A stretch of DNA of 64,000 bases from Anthoceros angustus (lineage: Eukaryota > Plantae > Anthocerotophyta), in contig MU008155.1 of NCBI GenBank assembly GCA_010909165.1, positions 2,356,001 through 2,420,000 on the forward strand, given 5' to 3'. A program made the translations under genes and the position numbers. Shown one piece after another: positions 11,409 to 25,220 of the stretch (positions are counted from its first letter, which is position 1; each line of letters opens with the position of its first letter). The notes under the pieces are model-generated. The model was not told where the DNA came from and did not search any database. It saw only the letters and a program-made list of their open reading frames with translations.

Positions 11409-13078
11409 ATGGCCATGTCAGTGCGATTTCCCGGGCCACCCAAAAGCGGCCTCCCCGGCTTGGCGAACATTCGCAGGCGGGGCAATGCTGTCACCATGTT
11501 CTGCTCCCAGCTCCGTCGCTGCTCCGGGTGGCTGGATGTTTCCAAGCCTGGTTTCTCCATCTCGGCCAGGCCAAGTGGCGGAACGGGGTTTCTGCTGGTT
11601 ACGAGTTGCTTGTCCGGGATAGCTCACGAAATTGCGGATGCAGGAGGAACACAAAGGTGCAATTCCTTGTTGGAGTCGCAAGAGGGAGAAGCAGGGGTGT
11701 GGAGTGTCATTATTCCGACGTTCGACAGGCTTCCGATTCTTACCAGGTGCTTGGAGGCATTGGAACGGCAGACGGGATATGAAGAGAACGGGATTAGGAG
11801 TTACGAAATTATTGTCGTGGACGACGGATCTTCTGACGGGACTGTTGATTTCCTCTTGTGCAAGGAGGTGGATGATTACAATGCTTCCATTCTACCACAG
11901 CCAAGCAAGCGTTACCCTCATGTCAAGGTTCTAAGACAACAGCATGCTGGTATGCTCTTGAAAATCAATTGTGAGATCCTTACTCCTCCCATTCGCAAAA
12001 CGTGGCTCAAGACTGTTGCAAACTGCAGGTGCGACGAAGGCAAGAAATCTTGGACTCCGTTTCGCTCGAGGTGCCACCGTCGTCTTCATAGACTCCGACC
12101 TGGTCGTCACAGAACGCTTCTTGGGATCCCATTCTGATGCTCTCAAGGAAGCGTTTGCCAGGTATGGTGATGATCGTGCTTTCACATACGGCCGCGTCGT
12201 CAACACTGCCAACTTCGATAATCCAACATCCGAGCCATTCAAGCTAACAGTATGTGCCGTTCATTTTCATCAGTCCTGACGGCCCTTGGCGAACCAAACT
12301 GACTGTGCCAGCCCTGGATCTTGATGCTGATGCAGGACATGTCTGCCGCCTTCTTCGCCACCGGCAACGTAGCAATTTCCCGCAGACGGCTGCACGACGC
12401 ATGGAAGCTGCTTGGTGCCTCCGCCGACGGGCCGTTCGATGCCGATTTCAGCGAGTACGGCTGGGAAGATCTGGAGCTTGGAGGTAACTCTCGCTCGCAA
12501 CACGATTTTCCTTCATAACTCCATCATGCATGGATGCATCTTGCTTACTTTCTTCGCATGTGCGCAACACCATCGCTGCGCTGCAGAACGGCTGCGCCAA
12601 GGAGGTGCAAGAATACAGCAGGCCCCCGATGCCGTGGGGTTCCACTGGCATCCCGCATTCACCTGCGAGCAAATCCCCAGGCTTGTGGATCAGGTCGGGG
12701 CAGCCGTTCGCCTCCCTTTGCAGCCTGTATCCCTCCTTGTGCACGGTGGTGGTAGTGTGTCATCTCACAAGCCGGGGCTGTGTGTGGCAGGAGCGGCAAA
12801 GAGGCCGGAATGGAGTGCGGTTCTACCGGAAGCACCCCAACCTGAACGTGCGGCTGATGATCCAGATGACCCCGTTCCACGAGTACCTGTGGTTCCTGCT
12901 CACCCTGGGTGGCCTGGTGAATGAGAGGACTTTAACTCCGCTGCTTGAGCAGCTTGTGGCGTCGGGGCGGCCTGGCCTGGCCGCCGCGCTCCTTTCCCCT
13001 GTTCTCAACTGGCACACAGTCCAGGCTGTTAAACTGGAAGTAAGGAAGCTCAAAGCAGACGGGCTCTGGATTAACTGA
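11409..13078 (+). CDS. Glycosyltransferase family 2, cyanobacterial type, with predicted plastid transit peptide; multi-exon
   Basis: SVIIPTFDRLPILTRCLEALERQ; YEIIVVDDGSSDGT; ARNLG; VFIDSDLVVTERFL; FTYGRVVNTANFDNPTSEPFKLT; FATGNVAI; YGWEDLELG; GFHWHP. N-terminus is Ser/Arg-rich; GT-AG introns present. Confidence 0.88.
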
Positions 13079-13346
13079 GCATCCCTTAGGAGCGACACGT
13101 GGCGGTGAGGCTGCGGGCGATGCCCAAACACCACACAGGAAAGCTTGCTGTGAATCTTGGGAATAAGTTCTGCCATGAGAAAATCCACGTGGCTGGAACC
13201 GGGCGGATAACAAAAGGGAGGCACAGATAGAAGAGCCGGTTCAGGGTGAGGTCAAGGCTGCACAGGAGCGACAGGATCTCGCATTTCCGACTCGTTCGTT
13301 GAAACAGAAGCAGACGAGAGGGAGAGGACGAGGCGGAGTGGCAGCC

Positions 13347-15210
<1,864 letters not shown>

Positions 15211-15559
15211 AAATATCGCACTCGCAACACCATCAAGTGCCATCGTGTGACTGAAACCTATGATTGAACCCTGCAAGCGTTGGGACTGGATTTGACACCA
15301 GGCCTCTGTGTACTGTAAAATTATGTGCGCCATTTAGCAAGCGATTAATTCTTGAGATAGTGGACCTATATCCTCGTGTGCTGTGTGAACCCGTACTAAC
15401 TGACTATGAGTAGACAATGAACAAAACATATTGGAACCCAATGTCCATCGCGAACAATATAATTTGTGATCAATAAAACACAGCAATTAAATCCCTGATA
15501 CAACGTGTGGAGAAAAGTTTTTACAGGGGTGAAAAAACGATGGGAAGAGCCTATCTAGG

Positions 15560-15996
15560 AGGGGACCGGGGGGTTGAGGTGGAGAGCAATTGTGCTCCCT
15601 ACGAGCCCATCCAGGAGGGGACAACCAGAGGGGACCAGGGGGTCGAGGTGGAGAGAGCAACTGTGCTCCCTACGAGCTCGGGACAACCAGAGGGGACCAG
15701 GGGGTCGAGGTGGAGAGCGCAACTGTGCTCCCTACGAGCCGGGGACAACCAGAGGGGACCAGGGGTTCGAGGTGGAGAGAGCAACTGTGCTCCCTACGAG
15801 CCGGGGACAACCAGAGGGGACCAGGGGGTCGAGGTGGAGAGAGCAACTGTGCTCCTACCTAATCCAGGTGGGGACAACCAGAGGGGACCAGGGGGTCGAG
15901 GTGGAGAGAGCAACTGTGCTCCCTACCTAATCCAGGTGGGGACAACCAGAGGGGACCAGGTGGTCGAGGTGGAGAGAGCAACGGTGCTCCCTATCT
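15560..15996. repeat. ~62-bp tandem repeat, about 7 copies
   Basis: Unit GGGGACAACCAGAGGGGACCAGGGGGTCGAGGTGGAGAGAGCAACTGTGCTCCCTACGAGCC, with starts at 15741 and 15803 among others. Two tail variants. Confidence 0.92.
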
Positions 15997-18690
15997 AAAG
16001 TCACCTACTGCACCCACAATGTCATACACATGAAGAATAGAATATACCGCCTGCAAACCACGGATGTAGAGAAAGATGCGTCACCTATTGTCGCCGCCTT
16101 GTGGAGGATCGCCGTTGAGAGCGCCCGTTGAAAGGCAATTGAAACCCGTTGTCGGAAGTATGCTACGAAGTACGAGAGGGACAGCCCCGCACCGTGTATG
16201 CACGCATGGTAAGCTTTGGCATAGGACTTGACAAATTTGTTGAAGTCCTCAGCCATTACCCCATGCGTTTCTAGTGCCCTTCCCAGAACAAGAGCGGAGC
16301 CGTGCTCTTGTGGACTTGGGGATGGAGGGGTCCTGGAGGACAGACTGGAAAGCCTGGCCGAGCTGCTTCTCGAGCAGGGATGCCTGCAACCCCCTGAAAC
16401 CATCAGTAATAAATATCGAGAAAGGAGGGAAGTCCTTCCGAGTATCCAATGATAACATGTCCCTAGCTTGCCTCAAGGACGTTTGGAGAGAGAAGTTCTC
16501 TCCTCCACACCTGATACGAGATCCTCTAGAAAGGGCCTGTCATGGAGAATGATGCGAGAAGCCAAAGCAGGGGCAGAGAGGGCCCAACTGCCCATGAAAG
16601 CTGCCGGGGAAGAGACCTCCAGTGAGAGCAAACCTGTGCCTCCAAATTGCACAGGTAGGGACACTTGCCAGCGGACCAGATCGCCCATAGGGCACTCAAA
16701 AGCCCCTGAGCCCTAGGATGTCCCCAAGAGTATCCATAATCTTCCTATCAAACCACCGTAGCCGGGACAAAAGGGTCGGGGACGGAGGCAGCGTACGGAT
16801 GAGGTAACCAGGGCGCCTAGCAAAACAAGAGGAAAGAATTCCAAAGCCCACCTGTGTATCCTCGAGCAAAGGGAGGTCCTCGACATGGGAGAGGTCCTCT
16901 GCGAGAGCCTGGTCCAGGAAGCTCCCAATGAAGTGAGGGGAACCGAAGGGGACCCCTAGAATCCGTAGTCCTAAGGTCGGAGCAATCTCCCCAGCAGGAA
17001 ACTGCAAAGTAGGTAGAATCCCCAACGGAGACCAGACGCAGCACTTGGACAACTTGACCTTCAAGGTCACCAAAGAAAGCTCATGAGAGAAGAGCTCAAA
17101 GGCCTCCTTGACTTTGTCCCAAGGCCCGAGGATGTGAGAATCGTCTGCCAGCGAAGGGAAGACATAGTAGCGCGCTGAGAAGGCGGCCCTGGATAGGGCC
17201 CTATAGTGAGCAATGGCGAAGAGAGCACCGCCCAGGGGGTCGCTTTGCCTGGTACCTATGGCCGATTCCAAGGTAGAGATAGCAAATCATGAAGAGACGT
17301 TCTTGTGCTGGTAGTAGAGGTTAGAGGACCTCCCGTAGAAGCACCGGACAAAAGGTATAAGGCTCCATAGGACGCCGCCAGCATCCCTAAGCTCCTCGAA
17401 GATGACGCTCCTAGAAATGGTATTGAAGGCGTTCTCGACATCAACCTGTAAGACCACCCACTCTGGGTGGGTATCAAGGCATGCCTTCACTCCAAGCACC
17501 ACGGACTCGGCCCCGGTGTGCAATGCCAAATTGAAGGGGTTGAGGTGTTCTTTGGAGAAGGCGGCAGGCAATAGTGCGGTGAGAAGCCACATGAAGGCTT
17601 CCCCGACCGCGAGTGGGCGCACACACAGCTGCAGCTTGTCCATAGCGACAAGCCTGATAGCTGCAAAAACATGGGAAATCCAGTGAGGCGTCTCACCACG
17701 AGCCACCGCAGCGGCTAGAGAAAAGAGCTCTGGGAAGCCACTAGATGGATCTTCAGGGAGAAAAAGGTCCCTAAGATGTTCAAACAGCATTCCTGACAAC
17801 CCGGCAGATGAAAGACGTGTAGTCGTAGAGAGTGCCAGAGCAAAGCTGCCCGATCCAGGGAAAAAGGATCCTCCGGGACATAGTTGGATATGTCCGCGGG
17901 ATAGCATCCTTGGGTGCTAGATGGAGGGCACGGAGGGCAACAATGGTCTCTTCAGAAACGGGGGCTAGATTGAGGGGTCGAAGAACCTTGGCAGCGCGAG
18001 CATATTCACCGCTCGCCAAGCAACACAGCAGCAGTTTGTTGCATTACCGGGTCTGTTCCAAGCTGCATGCGGATTCCGCCCGAGCCTTGGCGGTGAGCAT
18101 ATTCACCGCTCGGCCAAGCAACACAGCAGCAGTTTGTTGCATTACCGGGTCTGTTCAAGCTAACATGCGGATTCCGAGCCTTGGCAAGACGCAAAGCCTC
18201 CTCACGGAGGGATGCCTAGTCACCGGCCGGCGCGACGGCTAGCAACTTCCCGATGCCCAGAAGCCCCACCCCTAGTACACTAAAGACACCATCGAGGGAG
18301 AAGCAGGAGAAGGCACCAAGGTAACTCGTCAGGCACCAAGCTAACTCGTCCTGGGGATCGAACGCAAGGCGATCCAAGAGAAGACGGAACGCCAAACGGG
18401 CATCATTATGAAGGTGGCGGGGAAGCCTACGAAAAATGCGCGGGTATAGAAAGCGAATTTCAAACATCCCAAGGATGTGATCTAGCTGACCCCGCAGCCA
18501 ATCAATCCCAGGAAGAGAGAGGCACCCCAAGGAGGACGATACTGAACGCCGTAGCCTGCATTGCGGAACTGGTCGCAACGTGCACTTGGGCAGCCCAAGT
18601 GCTTCGTCGCAATGTTCCTGATACAACGTTTGCCAGCTATTTCGAGAAACCGCAATCTCACTTTCCTCTAACAAAAATTAGCATTGCACA
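15560..18690 (-). mobile_element. Decayed non-LTR retrotransposon, CRE/SLACS-like clade (RT plus remnant of the C-terminal restriction-like endonuclease region)
   Basis: VRPLAVGEAF; VVLQVDVENAFNTISR; GTRQSDPLGGALF; SLADDSHILGP; LKVKLSKCCVWSP; C-terminus FRQRVSIAFQRALSTAI. Broken by frameshifts and stops. Confidence 0.8.
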
Positions 18691-18780
18691 GTTTACGCAA
18701 GTGTATCTAAAGTTGAATACCTACGCTATGGTTGAAATGTAGCCGCTCATAATGAAAATATTGCAGCAGCTTCACCAGTA

Positions 18781-21322
18781 CTAATCTTCGTCCATGGCAA
18801 TGGGCACTTCAGGCAGGTTCCAAATGTCTTCCTCTGACCTCGCCATGATGGTTGCGACAGCAGCTAATCACAAAATGCAATTGAACCAACTTAGTCCATA
18901 GAACTGATTTGTCCTCCCTAGGGTTCTGTGACGTACAGAAAACTTAGCTCGAAAGGACGGGTAGGCACCTTGAGGCATGATTGTGTCCACCTGCTTCTGC
19001 CCTCGTGTTCTAGCATGCTGCAATTCTCGTTCTATTTCGGGAGTAACCTGCCTCGTCAAATAGCAAGACACAAGTTGATAACATACAATAAATATAGTAC
19101 AGATGGACAACACCTGTTGGTCGGAAAAGAAAGAAGGCAGGCAGCTACCTTGTAGTGACGTTGTCTTTGCAGAAGTCGTCGCAGTTCACCTCTGTCAGAT
19201 TCTCTCAGCTCGTGCTTGTATCTGAAACCAATCAATATCCAAGGTCAGCAATCTAACTCAAGCATAGCAGTCAGCAAGTGTGTTCTGTCTAGACAAACCC
19301 TATACAACTCTAGATGGCGTGCAATCACTGTTTATCCGACATAACGGATCTTTACAGTTCTTACCGCTGTACAAATGACAAGAGGCAAAGATGCCAAATA
19401 ACAGGTAGATCCCTCTCATCTTCCGAGAATCGGGCAAAATGGGCAACAAGAGAGTCCAGGACTTGATATGGCAGAGAATACTTCTTGTCAATGAGCAACT
19501 TCATAAAATAACTGGGAAAAAGGCAATACAACATTAGGAATAACTTAGGGAGGCCACATTGCAGAAATGAGTTAAAAAAGGAACTTATTATGAACACACC
19601 TATTTGTGCCATTGTAATCCATTTCAGCAATCTTCAGTAGAGCTACACTGTTCACCACAGCAGAAACAGGCTCAGGCTCATTGTCTCACGTACACACCGC
19701 ACAAAGGTAAGGAAAACGAAGGCATTTGACCAGCTCACCTGGAGTGAAGAGCGGGAATCGTCATTTTCTGTATCACACTTCCGATGATGACAGCTTCCCG
19801 TAACGTGCATGTGCCAGACTGCATATCACCGAAATCAAATCAGATCAGCAATGACACTCACAGGTTGTGAACATCTCTGTAGCTGAATCGTATGAATCAC
19901 TCACATGGCAAAGTGAAAAGATGATGCCTTGGAAGAAGGCTGCTGGTTTATACAGAGCCTTCTTGACAGCTTGGTAGAGAGCAAAATGCAGGCGCTTGTG
20001 TGTCCTGATGTCAGCCCGCAACCGGGGTAACAACACTAAATCATAGAAGACCTGAGCCATCTTGGGATTTAGGTTTGATGCAAATATTCTGGTGGCTTGA
20101 TACATGGCATGTGGCGACCACTTTTCAGGCTCTGTTACATACAACAACTCTTGCCAATTCTTGAGGTTCGGCAGAACCTTAAAAGCCTTGGGGACTTTGC
20201 CAGTGGTGAACCTGCTGAGGACCTTGCCCACGCTGCAAGCAGCAAAACAGGTAATCAGCAGCTCAGCACAGTATCATCTTAATTGATCCTCAAAACCGTA
20301 TGAATCACAAGTTAGCCACACATACCCCCTGTATACCTCCAGAATACTAGCATCAACCCCTGGAACAACTCTTTCACCACCTGCCATAAAAAGCCACCCA
20401 AGTTTTAGTACATAAGTTCAGCATGCCAACAACACGGAAAATACGCATGCCATATCCAGCTTCACTGCCTGTACCACCCAGTCCACAGGCTGAGAAACAC
20501 AGACCACGTACTTGCTTCATCACCAAGGCCAGCATCTTTCTCACGGATCCGTTCCATGATCATGTCTGACAGTGTGCGTTGAGGAGCAGCATCCTTGGAC
20601 ATGAACATGTCCAAAATGCGTTGTTCTTCTTCCGATACATTCTGTGATAAGAATGACAACAAGGAGATGGTCACCAGCTCTTCAGAAATAGACCGACCCC
20701 AACTCAACTTTGAGATCTCACTCTGCGTTCAGACCGCAGGACCTGCACCTACCTCAATTTCGTCATACTGGCTTTGAGTCTCAGAAAACGGCTCAGGTTC
20801 CTCATCACTGTCACTGTCAGAATCAAAAGGTTTCGCCGCCACCAGCACAGAAAACGTACGCCGTGCGGCAGCAACCCCAGTTTCCTCATCCCTGCGAAAC
20901 AGGAATCAGCATGAGGATGTACAGACAAGAACAATCCGAGCAGCTAGATTACAGGAGTCAACCAGAAACAAACAACCACCTTTCATTCTCCACCTCTTGT
21001 TGCTGCTTTCGAGCTTCCCGCAATATCTTATTCGTTATGCCAGTGTTCATATACTGCACAGAAATCAACATTCAACCAATGAGCTAAGCTGAGCTGAGCT
21101 GACTGAGCACTGCCAGTTTAGTCAACTAGCCATGCGATTCACCTCCTCCGCCTCCTGCAATTTCCGAGCTTTCCCCGTCCGATTCTTGAGTGGAATATCA
21201 CGATTGTCATCCAACTGCTCCGGCAAGCTGAGCTCGTGCTTCTCAGGCTTGTCCGTCTTATCCTTCCTCTTCTTCGGGCGCACCGGAGCCCTTGGCTTGA
21301 AGGGCTTCGCGGTGTCTGCCAT
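18781..21322 (-). CDS. BYSL: Bystin (Enp1), 40S ribosome biogenesis factor; multi-exon
   Basis: [53 protein letters not shown]; [22 protein letters not shown]; [20 protein letters not shown]; [15 protein letters not shown]; [10 protein letters not shown]. Confidence 0.95.
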
Positions 21323-21836
21323 GGCCGCCGCAAATCTGCCTACGAAAGACGAAAGTCGGAAAAGAGAGCAAAAGCAACCGACAGCTCTTCAAGCAGCGAC
21401 GAGGGCGCGCATTCCAGAAGACCTTAGGAGGCCGAAAAAACTTAGCTTGCTGTGCGAAGTATATATACCTACATAAACATATATAGACGGATATTACCAT
21501 TTTGTGAACTTTCCGATTACCAGTTTACAAGAGATCGCCCAGGCGGCTGCACGCTGGATATTCGATACCATTCCGTGCAATCTGCCTAGAAGTTCTAAAA
21601 TGTGTTGTATGCTGCACAGTTGGGTTCGCAGGTGCTCTAAGATGGGGTCCGCTGGCCTGACTTCAAGTTCTTTGGCAGATCATGATGTAACCAGAGATGG
21701 CAGCCTTGCAACGGACTCAGTCCATGCAAGTGTGATTCTGTTGGGATGGGGGACTGAGCTCTCCTCTTCTGGGGCTTGTTTGCCTCTCCGTTGTAGTGCA
21801 AATCCTCGATGATGTTTGCAAAGAGAGTAATTCTGG

Positions 21837-24800
21837 ATGGGGAGGGTGGGCTCCAGCAGCTCAGGGGGCCACCGTTTTCTGTGGATCATACAATTGGGTG
21901 GGAGAGTCGGCAACATGAGAACATCTGAGTTGTGGCATACAGAGTCCCGGAATCGACAATGGCTGAGAATCTGCCATAACTCATCGTGGGTGGATCGGCA
22001 GCTGGCTGCTCTTGATATGCCGATGGGTCGTCGTGGTCTGATGTGTAACCGGAGTCTGCAGGATGATCGTGATGCTAGCAGGGGTGTAGTGTACCGAAGT
22101 GGCGTGACGAATGAGACCATGAGGCAACTATGTGAGCAGGGGTGGCTTGATGAGGCTGTTGAGGCTTTGGGAGTTCTGGTGCAGACTTGCTGTCGTGTTT
22201 CTCAGCCTCTGTTCTATGTTGTGCTCAAGGAATGTGGGGCTCAGAGGGATCTGTTTCTGGGTCGCCGTGTACATGCTCTAATGGTGACAAAAGAGTATGA
22301 GTCGGACACGTTCTTGTGCAACCACATCCTGCGGATGTATGCCTCTCATGCCAGCTTACACGAGGCGATGGATGTGTTCAGGTTGGTGGTTAAGCCAGAT
22401 GCCTTCACGTGGTCTGCTATCATTTCTGCGCATGTGAAGTGCGGATATGATAAGGAAGCTGTGCAACTGTATTATGAGATGCGTAGCGCAGGTGTGAAGC
22501 CCGATGGCCATGTGTTTGTGGCAGCCCTTCAGGCTTGTGCAAAGGGAGAAGATTTGAAGAGTGGGCAGCAGGTGCATGCTGACGTATTGGCCAGTGGGGT
22601 TGAGCCTCATTTGTTTGTGTGGAATGGTTTGGTGGACATGTATGCCAAGTGTGGCAGCTTGGAAGACGCTCAAACAGTGTTTGACGGACTTGGTCGGAAA
22701 GATGTGGTTACGTGGAATGCCATGATAGCAGGGTATTCTCAGCGGGGGATGGTGCAGGAAGCCCTTCGTCTTTTCGATTGTATGGAAGTGGAAGGCATGG
22801 CTGCACCCAATTCTGTGACACTTGTGTGCCTCCTTCAAGTGTGTGCGACTGTAGGTAGTCAGGCTTTGGCAAAGGGAAAGCAGCTTCATGCTCAGATTGG
22901 AGAGCGCAGACTTGTGGTTGACGTTTATGTAGGGTGCAGCCTGGTGAACATGTATGCGAAATGTGGCAGCCTAGAGGATGCTAAGGTTGTCTTTGACGGA
23001 CTTGGACAAAAGAATGTGGCAACGTGGAATGCCATGATAGCAGGGTATTCTCAGCAGGGAATGGGCCAGGAGGCTCTTTGTCTCTACGAGGTTATGCAAG
23101 AAGAGGGTATCGTTGCACCTGATTCCGTGACATTTCTATGCCTCCTACAGGTCTGTGCAAATGTGGGCATCCTGGCTTTGAGGAAGGGGAGGGAGCTTCA
23201 TGCTAAAATTAGGGAGCAAAGACTTCAAGCTGATGTGTCGATAGCTAACAGTTTGGTGAACATGTATGCTAAGTGCGGCAGCTTGGACGATGCCCAGATA
23301 GTGTTTGACAGTCTTGGTCACAGGGGTGTTGTGACGTGGACAGCTCTGATAGCAGGATATTCCCAGCAGGGCATGGGTCAGGAAGCCCTTCGTCTTTACA
23401 GTGCTATGCAAGAAGAGGGCGTTGCTGTGCCTGATGCTGTGGCATTTGTGTCTCTCCTGCAGGCATGTGCCAGTGTGGGTGCCCCCGCTTTGGAGAAAGG
23501 GAAAGAGCTTCATGCACAGATTGAGGAACAGCAACTTTATGTTGATGACGTCATAGGTTGCAGTTTGGTAAACATGTACTCAAAGTGTGGCAGCCTAGAG
23601 GATGCTCAGAACGTGTTTGATGGGCTTGCTGAAAAAAATGTAGCGACATGGACCACCCTGATGGCAGGGTATGCGAAGTGTGGCAGCTTGGAAGATGCTG
23701 AAAGGATATTTTGTGGCCTTCCTCGTAAAGACTTGGTGGTGTGGAATGCCATGATTGCAGGATATTCTCAGCAGGGCATGGGTCAGGAGGCCCTTAAGCT
23801 TCACGGAGCTATGCAACAAGAAGGCACGGCTGCAGCGGATTCTGTGACATTTGTGTGCCTCCTCCAGGCTTGTGCAAGTTTGGGCACCCCAGCTTTGGAG
23901 ATGGGGAAACAAATTCATGCACAGATTGCAGAACGAGGGCTTCTAGCTGACGGGTTTGTAGGTAGCAGTTTGGTGAACATGTATGCCAATTGTGGCAGCC
24001 TAGAGGATGCACATGGCGTGTTTGACGGATTTTGTGAAAAAAATGTGGTGATGTGGAGTGCCATGATTGCAGGATATTCCCAGCAGGCCATGGGACTCGA
24101 AGCCCTGCAGCTTTACAGGGCTATGCAAAACGAAGGCATCGTTGTGCCCAATTGTGTGACATTTGTTTGCCTCCTGCAGGCATGTGCAAATGTAGCTGCT
24201 TTGCATCTGGGAAGGCAGCTACACGTACAGATTGAAGAAAAAGGTCTTCAAAGTGATATTGCTGTAGCCTGCAGTCTGATAAACATGTATGGGAAATGTG
24301 GGAGTATGGCTAATGCACAGGAAGTGTTTGAGGCGTTGCCTGAAAGAGATATGGTCACGTGGAATGCGCTAATTGCAGGCTACAGCCGTCAAGGAGAAAG
24401 TGAAGCCGTTTTTGGCTTGTTCGACAAAATGAGAAAGGTGGGCATACAGCCAGCCAGCATCACGTTCCTTAGCGTGCTGACAGTCTGCAGTCATTCAGGT
24501 CTAGTCAGCAGGGGGCGAGAGTACTTCGAGGCCATGACAAGATACTACAGCATCACCCCCACGGTCGAACACTACACATGCTTGGTGGACCTTCTGGGCC
24601 GTGCAGGTAGGCTGGATGAAGCATTGGATGTGGTAAGGACAATGACCGTACTGCCTGATGCTGCAGTTTGGCAGACACTATTGGGTGCTTGTCAAAAGTG
24701 GAGCAACGTGGACATTGGATGCCATGCTTTTAACGAAGCAGTGAAGCTAGACAGCAAAGATGCCTCTGCATATGTGCTGATGTCCAACATATACTCAGGT

Positions 24801-24977
24801 GCCCGGATGTGGGAGCAAGCACAGCTAATGCAGGCAAGGAGAGCAGCAATCGGGGCGTGGAAGCAACCAGGTCAGAGCTGGTGGACAGATATGGAAGGTC
24901 TTGTGCATAGTTTTCTGGTTCGGGACAGGAAGCATTCAGATTCATGGAATAGGGGAAGATCGCTCCTGCAAAGCTGA
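21837..24977 (+). CDS. PLS-class pentatricopeptide repeat protein with E domain, no DYW; intronless; putative organellar RNA-editing factor
   Basis: 1046-aa ORF with repeated CGSLEDA..VF / VVTWNAMIAGYSQQG / PDSVTF.CLLQ.CA motifs, HYTCLVDLLGRAG, E motifs, ending SWWTDMEGLVHSFLV. True start may be a downstream Met. Confidence 0.95.
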   Translation: MGRVGSSSSGGHRFLWIIQLGGRVGNMRTSELWHTESRNRQWLRICHNSSWVDRQLAALDMPMGRRGLMCNRSLQDDRDASRGVVYRSGVTNETMRQLCEQGWLDEAVEALGVLVQTCCRVSQPLFYVVLKECGAQRDLFLGRRVHALMVTKEYESDTFLCNHILRMYASHASLHEAMDVFRLVVKPDAFTWSAIISAHVKCGYDKEAVQLYYEMRSAGVKPDGHVFVAALQACAKGEDLKSGQQVHADVLASGVEPHLFVWNGLVDMYAKCGSLEDAQTVFDGLGRKDVVTWNAMIAGYSQRGMVQEALRLFDCMEVEGMAAPNSVTLVCLLQVCATVGSQALAKGKQLHAQIGERRLVVDVYVGCSLVNMYAKCGSLEDAKVVFDGLGQKNVATWNAMIAGYSQQGMGQEALCLYEVMQEEGIVAPDSVTFLCLLQVCANVGILALRKGRELHAKIREQRLQADVSIANSLVNMYAKCGSLDDAQIVFDSLGHRGVVTWTALIAGYSQQGMGQEALRLYSAMQEEGVAVPDAVAFVSLLQACASVGAPALEKGKELHAQIEEQQLYVDDVIGCSLVNMYSKCGSLEDAQNVFDGLAEKNVATWTTLMAGYAKCGSLEDAERIFCGLPRKDLVVWNAMIAGYSQQGMGQEALKLHGAMQQEGTAAADSVTFVCLLQACASLGTPALEMGKQIHAQIAERGLLADGFVGSSLVNMYANCGSLEDAHGVFDGFCEKNVVMWSAMIAGYSQQAMGLEALQLYRAMQNEGIVVPNCVTFVCLLQACANVAALHLGRQLHVQIEEKGLQSDIAVACSLINMYGKCGSMANAQEVFEALPERDMVTWNALIAGYSRQGESEAVFGLFDKMRKVGIQPASITFLSVLTVCSHSGLVSRGREYFEAMTRYYSITPTVEHYTCLVDLLGRAGRLDEALDVVRTMTVLPDAAVWQTLLGACQKWSNVDIGCHAFNEAVKLDSKDASAYVLMSNIYSGARMWEQAQLMQARRAAIGAWKQPGQSWWTDMEGLVHSFLVRDRKHSDSWNRGRSLLQS

Positions 24978-25220
24978 GAGATCACATGCCTTCGTGTATT
25001 GAAACAAATGGCCTGCAAAGGCCAGCAAGCGGGCCCTTCTTGGCCCGAGTGGTAGTTTACAGTTTCCAAGAATACTTGACCAATATTCTAGAAGTAAACT
25101 TCATCACGGAGGTGTATACCAAGCTGCAAAGTGGGTGGGTGTGGGTTCAACGATTTCAGTGGTTGGGTGACATCGCAACGCTCACCGTACCAGATGCAAT
25201 GAGTAATGATCAACCCATCA

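Noticed and set aside
11409-13078. Cyanobacterial symbiont contamination
   Set aside because: The gene has GT-AG introns and a transit-peptide-like extension, and is contiguous with plant nuclear genes.
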